Of a stretch of DNA of 64,000 nucleotides, positions 39,871-52,064 are shown piece by piece. How positions within the stretch are numbered: position 1 is the stretch's first letter; every line of letters begins with the position of its first letter. The stretch is from assembly GCF_009834535.1 (NCBI RefSeq), contig NC_045697.1, positions 39,558,001-39,622,000 of the forward strand, in the 5' to 3' direction. Origin of the DNA: Camelus ferus (lineage: Eukaryota). The notes under the pieces are model-generated. The model ran no database searches and was not told the DNA's origin. It worked only from the letters and a program-made list of their open reading frames with translations. The position numbers were made by a program, and so were the translations under genes.

Positions 39871-41229
39871 CTAATAAAATGCCCATATTGAAAGATGTGG
39901 GGCTGGGAGGTGAGGCGGGAAGGGCATAAGAGAGGAGGAAAGACAGGTGAAATAAAAGGAGGACTGAGTGATCAGGGACACTTGGAGAATCCCCAGGAAT
40001 GATCACAGGGAGCCAAAGGCTTTCAGAAAATCGAAGGTGGGTGTTTCTGAAAAGTTAAGCGTGGGGAGAGATCTGAGACAGAGCATTTAGATCTAGTGGT
40101 CCAAAGAGCATCGGTGGCCTTAAAAGCAGTTTGAGAAACCTGGTGGTGTTTGAAGTCCCTTGGTGTGGGGTGGAGGAGAAATTTCTGAGGATGTGGGAGC
40201 AGCAGAGGTGGGCTTTGAAGGAGCCTGTTGGTGGAGAGGAGAGGGAAATGGTGCTGTGTCACCAGAGGGGAGGGGAGGACTTCTGAGGAAAAGTGTTGGA
40301 GTCGGGGGAAAAGGGGAGAGATCAGGCTTCTTCCAGAGAGAGAAAACGATGAGATCCAATACATGGATAAGAGGTTTGAGTCCTATGAGTAGGGACTTGT
40401 TCGTTCTCATGGACTAGGAAGTCAAGAAGAACAGGCAAGATGTGTGTGTGTGTGTGTTTGCAGGGGGCGGGGGGTGTACTTCAACTCTTAAAGCCAAGAA
40501 GATTAGAGGCACTCAGTCCTACTTGATGAGCTTGACTTTCTTAGTATATTCAGGAGGCAAGGTAATTAGTGACTGAGAGAGGCAGATTTGTGGCACTGGA
40601 GATGGGCCACAGTTTCTGTGGGAATGCAGTGAAAAATAGTCAAAGGCAACTACAAAGGTTGCCACACGGTATTGAGGTTCATGCCGAGATTAAATAGCAT
40701 GAATTTTTAGTCTAGCTCGTGGCTAGGGTTCTGTGACTTTCTTTTGCAGTGTTTAGCAGTCTGGCAGTAGAGCCCCCAGCTGGCACGATTTATAAAGGGT
40801 GAAGAAGCAGAGGAGGATGCTAGTGAACCTGTTCTAGAAATAACTGAATGCTGAGGAGAGCCAGGAATGTGCCTGTTTTTAAAAAAGAACTGCTGACATC
40901 TCCCTACTAATATGGCATGTTAGAGAAATGTTGATAGGAAGACTTAATTTATCAGGAAATATATGTGGAATCAGATGTTAACATTTGAATGCTCCTATTC
41001 ACCAGTATTTTACGTCTAGGATATGTTGAATGTAAATTGTAGTTCAATTTAATATATTTTTGTAGTGTTGGGTCCTTTATTATTGAACTCCTGTGTCTAT
41101 TTTAGCCATAAAGTATTGATGTGACATTAAAATCAGAAAAGACAAAATATTATTTCTGTCATTTGAATTTTAACTATTTCTAAAAATATTTGTTATCATA
41201 AGAGATATTTCAAAAATGCACGTAGAATA

Positions 41230-41480
41230 AAGTAGGCACTATGATGAATGGCAGAGTTCTGGAGCAGGCCTCAGAAGTTCTGAATCCAATTTCTTTTCTG
41301 CCACTAACTTTCCATGTGAATTTGAACAAACTGCTTAATTTTCTAGTACCAAGTTTACTTAGCAGTAAGATAGAGATTATGATATAAAATATAGTGATCT
41401 CCTAACTCAAGAAGTTAATCGAAGTGTTAAGCAAAATGTGAAGGCATTTTTGAAACATGAAAAACCTAAGCAAATGTATA
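41230..41480 (+). mobile_element. MIR-like SINE
   Basis: ctgccactaactttccatgtgaatttgaacaaactgcttaattttct...agtttac. Confidence 0.55.
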
Positions 41481-42496
41481 GAACTAAGTTATTGTTACTG
41501 GAGAATCAAATTAGAATTTCCAAATCTAGAATCAAAACGAAGACAATACTGATAATTTCAATTAAAGTAAGTTCTGGACTTAAGTCAACTTCCATTGTTT
41601 TAAAAGGCTGATTTTAAGTTACTGATAGTCCATCATAATGTTTGAACATAAGTTTCAGGATGACTAATTCATTTTTATAAATATGATAGAGGATTTAGTC
41701 AGACAGTGAAGTGTTTTTACTAACAGGTACAGCAAAGGCAGTAGATGCTTCCAGTAGGACTTTGTGTTCTAAATTCAGAATTATGAACAGTCTGCTAAAA
41801 AAAAAAAAAAAAAAACAACCTGGGAGAAGCTACAGGGGAGAAGGATACCTTTTGGTCATACAAGCCCCCTCTGTTTGTGAACATCATAATCTCTGGCTTT
41901 CTGCCCTTTCTTCTACTAAAAGTAATGCTCTGGGCTTTGTTGTAACTCTCAGCAAGTCTCATACTATGAAAGAATTCTTATTAAAATATATTTCTACCGT
42001 TCTTGCTGTGTATAAAACCTATGGATTAACAAATGTGTTCCTAAAATAATACTTTAGTGTTCTACACTGAAGAGGAAATTATAAGGGAAAGCTGGATAAT
42101 TAACAAGCATTTAGCAGACCTTATGAGAAATTGATTTGGTGTTACCTGTTAAAAATAGATCAATAAATAACCAACCAAAATAGGCTGGTGATGTTCTTAG
42201 AGAAAAATGACTACATAAATAAACACATTCAATTTTCTAAGGATAAAATGCAGAAATAATACGTGGAAATAGTTTCCATGGGAGTAGCCACTTTGGTCCC
42301 TTGAGAACACAGTCAGTCTTGGACGTGTGTTCTCCCCAGAAATGGGAGCTACGTGCCTTGGGAGATGTCACCAGTGACTAGTAACCACCGCAATGTAAAC
42401 AAACATCAGCAGGAAAGAAATACGGGTACGGCAGGGGTCTCAGAAGTATGCCTTCCTTCTACAAAAGTATCACGCCTTCCAACGCTAGTGGTTTGA

Positions 42497-42556
42497 TTTT
42501 TCTTTTCTTTTCTTTTCTTTTCTTTTCTTTCTTTCTTTCTTTTTTTTTTTTTTTTT
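42497..42556. repeat. (TTTTC)n / poly-T tract
   Basis: Read directly from the sequence. Confidence 0.9.
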
Positions 42557-42689
42557 AAGGAAGAAAGGGGGTGGTTTTATACCATTCTTCTGCCTTCTGC
42601 CACAAAACCCCTTAGTTTCAGAGGCAGTGTCTTTCCTTGACAAATGGATTTCCTTGTTGGCAGCCTCCGTAACCTTGGGAAGCAAGAGA

Positions 42690-43176
42690 CCCTTTGCTCT
42701 TGCTGCGGTTATTGGTTGCTTTCCCCAGACTGACACGTTTGTCTGTGGACTGGCTGGGAGGAAAGTTTCGAGTTACCAGAATTAGGCAAGCCCTCAGAGG
42801 AGCCGGAGGAGGGGCGGCGGCGGCGGCGGCGGCAGCAGCGCAAGCAGCAGCCAGCGCCTTTAAGCCCTGCGGCAGTTGCTCCTCTGATTGGCTGGGTGGT
42901 TCAGCTGCTTCCCTGGAACAAAGGTCAAAGTGGACTGCAGTGTAAATGTAGAGAGACAGCGATCAAATAGCATTGCTGGAAGAAGTTTGGAGGCTGAGAA
43001 CAGCAGTACGCTGGCTGACTGCAGAGCAAGTTGCTTCTCCAGCTGTGAGGTGCAGCCTCACGCACCAAGCCCGGCTCCGTTACCTCCAGAAGCCAGCAGC
43101 CGTTCACCATACAGGCGACCCAGCTGGGCGCGGAAGGGACAGTTGTGAGGATTTCCTTGCAAATTTACAGGCAAGG
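42690..43176 (+). promoter_or_regulatory. FAM13A: Internal promoter / 5'UTR of the FAM13A short isoform
   Basis: Local GC/CpG enrichment, (GGC)7(AGC)2 at 42813-42839, inverted CCAAT boxes (ATTGG 42711-42715 and 42887-42891), TTTAAG at 42859. Lies directly upstream of the short-isoform ATG. The exact TSS cannot be determined from sequence. Confidence 0.75.
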
Positions 43177-43205
43177 ATGGCTTGTGAGATCATGCCTCTG
43201 CAAAG
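43177..43205 (+). CDS. FAM13A: Coding part of the alternative first exon of the FAM13A short isoform (MACEIMPLQ + AG)
   Basis: ATG in strong Kozak context (AGGATGG) and donor AAG|GTAGT. MACEIMPLQ is the recalled N-terminus of the FAM13A short isoform. Phase 2 joins the exon at 56893 to give MACEIMPLQSSQEDERPMSPFYL. Confidence 0.95.
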
Positions 43206-45369
43206 GTAGTATTCTTTCCCATTTGTTTTGTTTTGTCCTTTCCTTTATTTTCTGAGTGGTATAAAACCGTATCACTTTGCCGCTGCTTGGCATCTGTCAG
43301 TAATGTGCTGCAAACTGTGTAGAGTCCATTGGACATAACTGTTCTTCCCTGAGACCAGAAATATGTATTCTGTTGCTGCTTTTCCTGACATTTATGCCCA
43401 ACTTTTATCTTTTTCACTTGGTGAGTCTGTTCAGTTATTTCCTTCCTTGAATGAAAATACATGTAAGAAAGTAGCTTTGACATCTGAAGAAAAACAGAAA
43501 CTGAAGAATATATTGAGCAGATTTAAAATAAAACTGAGTCAGCTTCTTAGCGATGTTGTGAAGCTGTGGTAAGCGCTAAGGTCACTTTGAAGGATGTCAG
43601 TAGGCTGAGGACCTTTTTAAAAATGCCATCTCAGGACTCCTCTCTGCTGGAGTTCAGATCTAGGCAAGGATTTTCCATCAATAAGTACTTTATTAATATG
43701 TGGGCATAAACATTAAGGGCATTATTTCCCCGTAAATAATTCTTGATAGATTTATTACACAAATGACATCTTTAAAGAAAATTACTATGTAAGAATGGTG
43801 GAGCACAAGGCTCTGTCTTGCTCCTTAATGATTGTAACGTAGACTGCAGAGGGTGGGGTGGAGGAGTTATACCAAAGCAGAAAGAGGTGAATTTAAGCAA
43901 AGGGCTTAAAAAGAGCACTGCTGGTGAACTAATAAGTGAATAAAGTGTCCTGGACTTTTGAAGCTGGAAGTCGCCTCGGTGGTGACGGAGTCCAGTCCTC
44001 TCATTTCACAACAGGAAAGCTGAGGCTTGGAGGAAGTCAGAGTTGCCCATGGTCATGTTTGATTATTTTTAAATTTACTTTTGCCAGTCATATTATCCTC
44101 TTTCAACTGCAACTGCCTTACATGCAGTGGCATTTGATTCCATGTACCTGCTTCCTTGAAGAAAACTCTAGAGGGCTTTACTAGTGAAAGTGATTTTAAA
44201 AGCCAGATAGTAAATATGGTTTACCTGTAAGATTGGAAAAACCTAGACAAAAATGAGTTTCGTTTTTAAAAACCATGCCACCAGTCTTTTACTGAATTTT
44301 GAGGTTTTAACAATGAAAATAAGGTAAATGAAAGTTTAATGTTTGTTTGCAAAATGGTTCCTGCAGATGTACACTGTGAGATGAAACAGTGTGGTTGTTC
44401 TTCCTTCACTGTAATGACAAGTGCACTGTAATAGGAACTTGAGGGGCTGTCCCTAGAATTCCTTCTCTAAAATTAATAACCCAAGGGAACAGAAAGTGAT
44501 TTATGGATAGATCTGAAATCTTTCTGTATTAATTCAGTGGCAAGGTCCATGTGCTTGAAACTTGCAAGAGACTAAACACTGGTGTACCTTTTTTGGAATC
44601 TTGAGTTGGTTTCCAGCTTTAAAGTTGGGGACTTATTTTTTTCTGGTATCAGTTCTTAAGTGTCTCAAGCAAGTCCTTTCTAGATAAGCATGTAAGCTGT
44701 TACTGCACTCTGTAATAAACTACTCAATGATATAATAACTGTTAAGTAGAAAATAGATTTTTATACTGCTAAAATATTGTTTACAGAGTTAAACTGATGA
44801 AAGCAAAATAGAATCAGTATAATTTCCTCCAGAATTATTCTGCATTGTGAGTCCTTATCAATAAGCCTATATAAGAGGAATAATTTGTGTATTCAAGAAT
44901 GCTGATGGGTGCCTTCAGTGTTTCCCCATCCCTGAGAGTGTAATTTGATTGATGACCCTGCAGTCTTCACTTCTGGCCTGTGCCTGCCTTAGATTATAAA
45001 CCTCTGGAAGGCAAGGGCTAGGTTTGTGTGGTTCTCTTCGTTAAGTATCTCTTATGAATTTAAGTGCTTATGCAGAAAACTTTCTTGTTTCTCTATAAGA
45101 TTGCTCTTCCAGTCCCAGTTCAGTATCTTTAGCTGAGGATTTCTGTGACTCTGGTAAAGATGACCGTGACCAACTGCCCCCACTGTTATCCTGCCCGGAG
45201 CAGGAAAGTTGCAGAGCCCTGTGGTCTGCGTGCCAGCTGATGGGTTGAGGGCTTTGCTCCATTCTGTTTAACAGCACTAAAGGGCTAGAAACTGAATTAA
45301 AGGTGGGTGAGTGAAATGATAGCTTTGAATACCAGTTAAAGAAACTCATGCTCACCATCTGTATTGAGC

Positions 45370-45580
45370 AGAGAGGCCAGTACTTCTCATACTTCAGGAG
45401 CATGAGAATTACCTGGGGACTTATTTTTAAAATCAGCTCCTTCCTGCTGCCCTCCTTCCCTGGACTTATTGAATCTGAATCTGGGTGTGACAGGGAAAGT
45501 GTCAACATTTTAACAAGCTTCCGGAAAGCAAATCTGGTACAAATGGGGCACACACTCAGAGAAGCACTGATCTAAACTAT
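45370..45580. mobile_element. MER5A-like hAT-Charlie element
   Basis: cagtacttctcatactt...agaattacctgggg...gaatctgaatctgggtg...ttttaacaagct...tcagagaagcactg. Confidence 0.6.
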
Positions 45581-47794
45581 GGTTAATGATTATCGCTTGC
45601 ATAAAGCCCTTGACAGCAGGGACATGTAAGATTCTACCACTCTACTGCTCAGCAACCCCAAATAACATGCTTAATATCAGGATCCTAGGTGCTTTTTTCT
45701 TAACTGACGCTTTCATTTACTAGATGGTCAGTGTTACCTATTAAAACAAAGTATACTAACAATGTTTTTTTAATATGTTTTCTTTCTGACTGAACACCAC
45801 TCTGTACTACCAGTGATATTAAGGGAATGAAGACGCAAACTGCTTCACAGAGGTCACATGCTAGTGAGGATGCAGACACATTACCAGACAATTACAATAC
45901 ATGTGGTGAATGCAGTGATGGACAGTATAATTAGCATAATAATAGAGATGCCTGCATGGATAATGTTACCCTATGTTTTATTTAACCTCATTTACGCATC
46001 TGATCTTATTAGAGGGCACGTTTGTACCCCAACGCCTACTTAGTTTATAATTTCCAATTGTGACTTTTTAGCCTTTCTTAGCATAATGTGAAAGTAGGTA
46101 GAAGATAAATTTCTTACTGCTAATCTGTAACTAAGATGAGAATAACAGATGAGGTTGAAGGCTAAGAATGAAATGAAACACTTTGGTTCCCTTTAATGCA
46201 TTTTGCTATCTGTTTATTACTTAATGTAATTAGCAGACTTTCCAGAATGGAAGTGACTATATAGAAACCCATGATCTTTAGGAAAAAACTACAGGGGCTG
46301 AATGTTTAAAATGTGACCCTCTGTAGAATGAAGAATTCAGTTCTTAAAGTTCACTTCAAATGGCTCAAATTAATGATTATATCTATTGGGATGGTTAAAT
46401 TAGCCCAATTATTTTTAAAAATACCAAAATATTTACATGTGATTTTTATGTTTAATGATAAAACTCAGCACATTCCGTGGCATTGTATGGGTATTCTTGC
46501 CAACTGGAAAAGTTCCCCCAGAGAAAATAATGTCACAAATAAGTAGAGAAACTATATTAAGAACTGAAATTAAAGTTTTCTTTTCTCGGGTTCTAAATTT
46601 ACCTTATGTCACTAGAGAGATAGTATGTTTTTATCAGATTCCAGGCTTTACTTATTCTTTAGTTTCTTTGCATGATTTATAGCCCATTGGATTATTTTTC
46701 CTTAGATATTATGGATCCGTGGGTAAGGATCTCTATTTTATGTAGAGAAAGACTTCAATAGGCTGAAAAATAAAATCTTAACTCACTCATATGTCTATGA
46801 CAGAACTTTCAACTTTACAGTAGTATTTTGATTTGCTTGATTAGCTTTCAAATAGTCACTAACTCATTTTATATCCACAAGGGCTAATAATGGAAGATGA
46901 AGTTAAGAGCACTCAAGATTATTCTAGATTCCTCTGGTTTTAGTGCGTTGGCATCTGCTTTCCACATGTTTAGCGTCATTTTTTCTCTTGGTTTTATCAA
47001 AGTGGGAAAATGAGATTAATGATGTCTGTAACTCTCTTTTTCATTACTTCATCTAGCACATTATGATGGTGAAACACATCATAATTCCAAATTGTAATGG
47101 CTCTTTGGGAAGATTTATGGCACAGGGTTAATTAACATGTATTAGCGATCCAGCCTGGGAAAATTTCACTGAAACTTCTTACCAGCAGAATTCATCTAGT
47201 CTTCCTAATTATTGGTCTTTAGAATATCCTTTTGCAAACAAGTAGTCATTGGAAACATGGGGATGAGACGGGAGTCAAGCAGGGAACAACCCAGGTAATG
47301 ATGGCTCTGCTTGTGGATCGTCTGTGTGGTGTTAGAGAGCCCTCTACTGCTTGTGGTGGTGACACCTTCAGCTCATTTATCTGTGAACCCAAATTATTCC
47401 AAACCTGTTGGCACTTTGAAGGTACTCCCTGTGCTCCCCACTCTCCCCCTCCGCAAACAGCCTGACTGAGTTAACAGCTGCCTCACTTCAAGTCTGGGTT
47501 AACCCTTCTAGGTTTGAGTGGCTGACTTCATCATCAATATGGTCTATGTTTGGTGAGAACAAATAAGATCTCGGTGGGCTCCTGTCTCACGTGATGATTG
47601 CAGTGCCTCTGGAGCTTAAAAGTGTGCTGATTATTTCAGTAAAGAAGCTGGTATGCACTAAGGTGAGGATATTCTTAAATTTTACAGATATCACCCTCTC
47701 TAAACCATTGAAAATAGTAGAGATGTTAGGGAGTCAACACAAAACAGTGGGGAAAGCAATGGAAAGATAGTAAACTTGCCATCAAAAAACATCC

Positions 47795-47872
47795 AAATCA
47801 CTATGCTGCACACCAAAAATTAACACAACATTGTAAACTGACTATACTTCAATTTAAAAAAAAAAAAAAAAA
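47795..47872 (+). mobile_element. Very short young L1 3' tail with poly(A), inserted in a MIR
   Basis: aatcactatgctgcacaccaaaaattaacacaacattgtaaactgactatacttcaattt + A17. The MIR continues at agctgtgtgaatttgggcagg. Confidence 0.75.
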
Positions 47873-48384
47873 GCATATCCAGACACTGACAGCCAAGTAG
47901 CTGTGTGAATTTGGGCAGGTCGTTTTCCTTATCTATAAAATGGGATGATAATACCCAGCATACTTACTTACAGGGGGAATTTTATAGTTAAAAGAACATG
48001 GTAGTTTTTTGTAAATGATGAAACTATTCAAATGTCATGAGTAATAGCAGTTTGCTTTTCTTTTGTTTATTCTTACACTTGCAATATCTTTCAATTCCTA
48101 GAAGTAGGAGTGCTTAACACAGTTAAGATAAGGCTCTATCACTGCATTGAATTTCATTGGATGAATTTTAGAAAGTGACCTAAAGCATGATTTGTGGGAA
48201 ATGCCACTGAAAACACCATAGAATCAAATTTCTTGAAACTCTCAAAACTTTTTACCCTGTTTTTTCCTATGATACTTATATATCTGTGTGATTATCAGAA
48301 TGAATTGCCAAAGAATTGGTTTATACTATATAAAACCTCTTCAAAGCTCTATGTATTCTTCCCTTAAGAAAAGCCAGAAATGAC

Positions 48385-48660
48385 TTCTTTGGTAATAGCC
48401 GTACTGAGATGTAACTCACATACCATGCAGTTCACCTACTTAGCGTATACAATTCAGTGACTTTTAGTATATACACAAGGTTATGCAACCAACACTGCCA
48501 TCAGTTTTAGAGTATTTTCATAACCCCAAAAGAAGCCCTGCATTCTGTAGCTGTCATGCCTTTCTGTGAGCTGAATGTCTGTCTCCCCTACAAATTCAGT
48601 TGTTGAGTCTCTAATCCCCAGTGTGGTGGTATTTGGAGGTGGGACCTTTGGGAGGTCTTT
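48385..48660. mobile_element. L1MB-like 3' tail (antisense) followed by an MLT1 LTR fragment
   Basis: actgagatgtaactcacataccatgcagttcacc...; then tgtgagctgaatgtctgtctcccc...ctaatccccagtgtggtggtatttggaggtggg. Confidence 0.65.
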
Positions 48661-49714
48661 ATTTCTTGGATAAAAAAGCTATGTTAGTGGGAAATAGTGG
48701 GGACAAATGTGGTAAAGGAAAATCATGACAGTGTAGGAACAGATCCTTGACTCATCTTTCTGTGCAGAGTCCTCTGTCAGAGGGAGGGCTTGCTAGCGGG
48801 AAGAAAATGAGATAATTTGCATGGCTTCCTGCAGTTTTGTATACCTCAGGAAATCCACATTCAGAATTAGTTAACAATTTAGGGAAATTATATATCTATT
48901 TTAACAAGCCCTTAAGAATGTTATAATAAAAGTAATTATTGAAAGAAGTTAGTAGAAATAGTTTACTGTTTCCTTCTTCCCTTCTGCGGGTATTCCCATA
49001 TTCTTTTGATCTTGTTGCAGTAACTAAAGATTAGAAAACATGTTAACTTATTTATTAATGTTCTAAAAATATTCTCTTATCCACTGATACCAACACCCCC
49101 CAAAAGAAAGTTACTGTATTTTACATTCTGAATTACTGCCTCCCTAAGGCAGTCTTTCCATGTCTATAATAATGATAAACATCACTTTTCTGAACAAGAA
49201 CCTCAAAGACAAATGAAAGCTTCCGGCTGCCTTGAAAATAGTTTTGTGACTAAACCAAACATTTCTTTAAGCCCCACACAAACCTTTGGGTTTGCAATGA
49301 AGTGAAATAATTTTCTTTTCCTGCTCTCAAGCTAGAACAAACAGATCCAGTGTGTGGCAGGGCCATGTTCAAACACTGCCTTGCCTGGGCATATCCTCTC
49401 CTGGGTTCACTGTACACCGCAGAAAGTACAGTGTTTACATTACTGGCGCAGTGGCGGAACTCCTGCCTCTGACTGTGCCGCTGGAGAAAATAAATTTTCT
49501 AAGGAAGGGTGGGGGAAAACCCATGGCACAGTTGCAATTCCATGAAGTTTTGAATGGACGGGAATGAGATAAATGAAAATAATCAGCATACAGATATCTG
49601 AGAGACCTTCTTAGCTGGCAAAATTAATTTTGCAAATTATAAACAATTTAAATTCTTAAAATATTTAATCAAATGGTAGTGTTAGCACTCAGCATGGCCT
49701 TGATGTTGCTGATT

Positions 49715-50270
49715 TTATTCAACAGCCACTCACTGAGCACCCAGACTATTCTAGGAACCTTGCTCACTGCTGGTGGGACAAAGATAAAGACAGATCCAGG
49801 AGGCTGAGCCAGCGTCTGGACTCAGGAATTTTAGTGTCTTGTGCTGAGCGCTGGCTCATGGCTGTGAACAGAGCTTCTCGGAGTCTGAAGCTCCCTCTCC
49901 AGGGTGATAGAGATGGCTTCCCAGATTAGATGACATTTGAGCTGAGAGATGAAGTATTTACCAGGTGGAGAGAGATGGAGGAAATATTTAAGAGAGAGAG
50001 AGGGAACAGCATGTACAAACAGAGTTATGAAAGTGCAGTGAGAGGTTGACGGAGACATGCTGCCCTGAGATCAGGAGGACTCGTGTGTGCCAGGTTTAGA
50101 CATCTGGATTTTACCCCAAAGACAAAAGGGGAAGCTGGAGAGGCTGTTAGGTTAGGAGGACAAATCTTGTGGGAGAATCAAGGATAAACTGGTCTGGGTG
50201 GCAGGGAAACAGAGAGTATTGCCCCTATGAAAGACGAAGACAGTAGAAATGGAAAGGAAGGATGAGATTC
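49715..50270 (+). mobile_element. L2 fragment
   Basis: attcaacagccactcactgagcacc...gatgacatttgagctgagagatgaag...gggaacagcatgtacaaa. Confidence 0.6.
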
Positions 50271-51529
50271 AGAAAACTTGTATCTTTCTGAGATAGAATC
50301 AGTGCAACTCGGTAATTGATCCCATGTCGGAGTAAGGGATAAACTTTGAGAGCAGTTGGCTTGTTAATGCAACTTTAGTATTACAACAGGAATAAGAATT
50401 CTGTCCTGTGACTTCTAAGCACATCCCCAGCCAGAATCCCCTGTAATGTGCAGCATGAGACTCTAAGCTGTGTCGACCAGTCCACAGGCAGTCCTGGTTC
50501 ACTTTTGACCCTCTCACTGTAGGGAGAGATGCAAGAGAGACAGATGCTAAAGCAACCCCACCCCTCCCTGCTTAAAACCTTTACTCCTCTTCCCTGACAA
50601 GCAAGTACCCTCTCCCCCTCTAATCTCCCAGAGACAGAAAGGTGTTCATCAGCTGGAACTAGCTGGGTAGAGAGATTGAAATAGAATGAGATGCTTCCGA
50701 GTTCCCTCCAAGTATAAAAGTTCTTTGAATGAAAAAGACAGAATGTAGGTTACAAACAATGCCACTGGTCATAAAGTACAGAGGAATCAGAAGAGACCAT
50801 GTGTCCCTGAGTTTCCTCCTTGACACCATCCTGTGGGACAAGCAGGTCAAGGATGTTTTACAGAGACCTGGAGATTCTCTGTCAGCTCCCATGAGCTTCT
50901 AGAACGACATTTCTCATGCCCACTGCTGGGCATATCTGGACCCGCTTCCTCTCTGATTTTCTCTGTACTACTTTGGCCCAGAGCTGATTCTGGCAGTGAG
51001 GTAAAGAGGGAAAGAGTGGTTTCTCTCTGTTCTATGAGAACATAGATCTTAACTCAGCAGCATTCATTGGGTATTGATTACACATCAAGCAAGGGAGATG
51101 TGTTTTTAGCACAGCGTTTTTCACCTGTGGGTCATAAAACCAATTTAGCAGGTTGTGACCAGTATTTCATTTAATTTTATGTAAGTGAAGTGTAACAAAA
51201 TAGAAAATATCCAAAGTCAGAGTACTTTCATGACATTTTTGTCCCTCTTATGTGTCTGTATACTACCATGGTATAAAATGTGTTCCTAACTGGATCGTGA
51301 CCTGAAATTTCCCAGAACACTGTATCTGGACTGCTTATTGAAAATAGTTTATTTGAATGAGAGGTTAGTACAGGCCTGGAAATTAAAACCCCATGTCAGT
51401 ATGGAAAGTCGATTCTAGTCTTAGCGTCCCTACAAATGAACTTTCAGAGCACAACCTTTTTGTGAGATGGAGATACTTGTTAAGCTGGTTCTTAATTCTG
51501 GATTTGGAAAAAAAATTTTTTTTTAGTAA

Positions 51530-52064
51530 TTGTATGTGTTTCCTAACACAGCTGTAATAAAGTACCACAAACAGGGCAGCCCACTGACCCCAGCCACATC
51601 CTGTGTTAGTTACTGATGAAAGGCACTGGGAGTTTCTCTCTTCAATGACTTGGCTTTGCAATTTGCTAAAAGATTGAAGGACATTGGTTCATGGTGCAGA
51701 GACGTATGGTCTCAGCGTTCTCGGGGCCAGAGGTCCCAAAGTAACCTGTTGGCGGGGCTGTGCTCCCTCTAAGGACACTGGAGAACGAGTTGTTCCAGGT
51801 CTCTCTCCTCGCATCCAGTGGTTCCTTGGCTCGGGCAGCACAACTCCAGTCTGTACGTGGTGTTCCCCCTGTGTGTACATCTCACTCCCAGTTTCCCCTT
51901 TTTATTAGGGTGCCGGTAATACTGAATTAGGGCCCACTCCAGTGGTGTCATGTTAACTTGGTCACCTCAGTCAGGACTGTGTTTTCAAATAAGGTCACAT
52001 TCTGAGTTTCTAGAGGTTGGGCTTCAACACATCTTTTCAAGGGGATACAGTTCAGCCCATAACA
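51530..52064 (-). mobile_element. MLT1C/B-like MaLR LTR containing a foreign insert
   Basis: tgtatgtgtttcctaacacagctgtaataaagtaccacaaac ... ttcaaataaggtcacattctgag...acagttcagcccataaca. Confidence 0.8.

Noticed and set aside
42694..42945. Poly-Ala ORF
   Set aside because: Artefact of the GGC repeat in the promoter; non-ATG start.
45068..45553. 161-aa minus-strand ORF
   Set aside because: Runs through a MER5A-like fossil and shows no protein similarity that I recognise.
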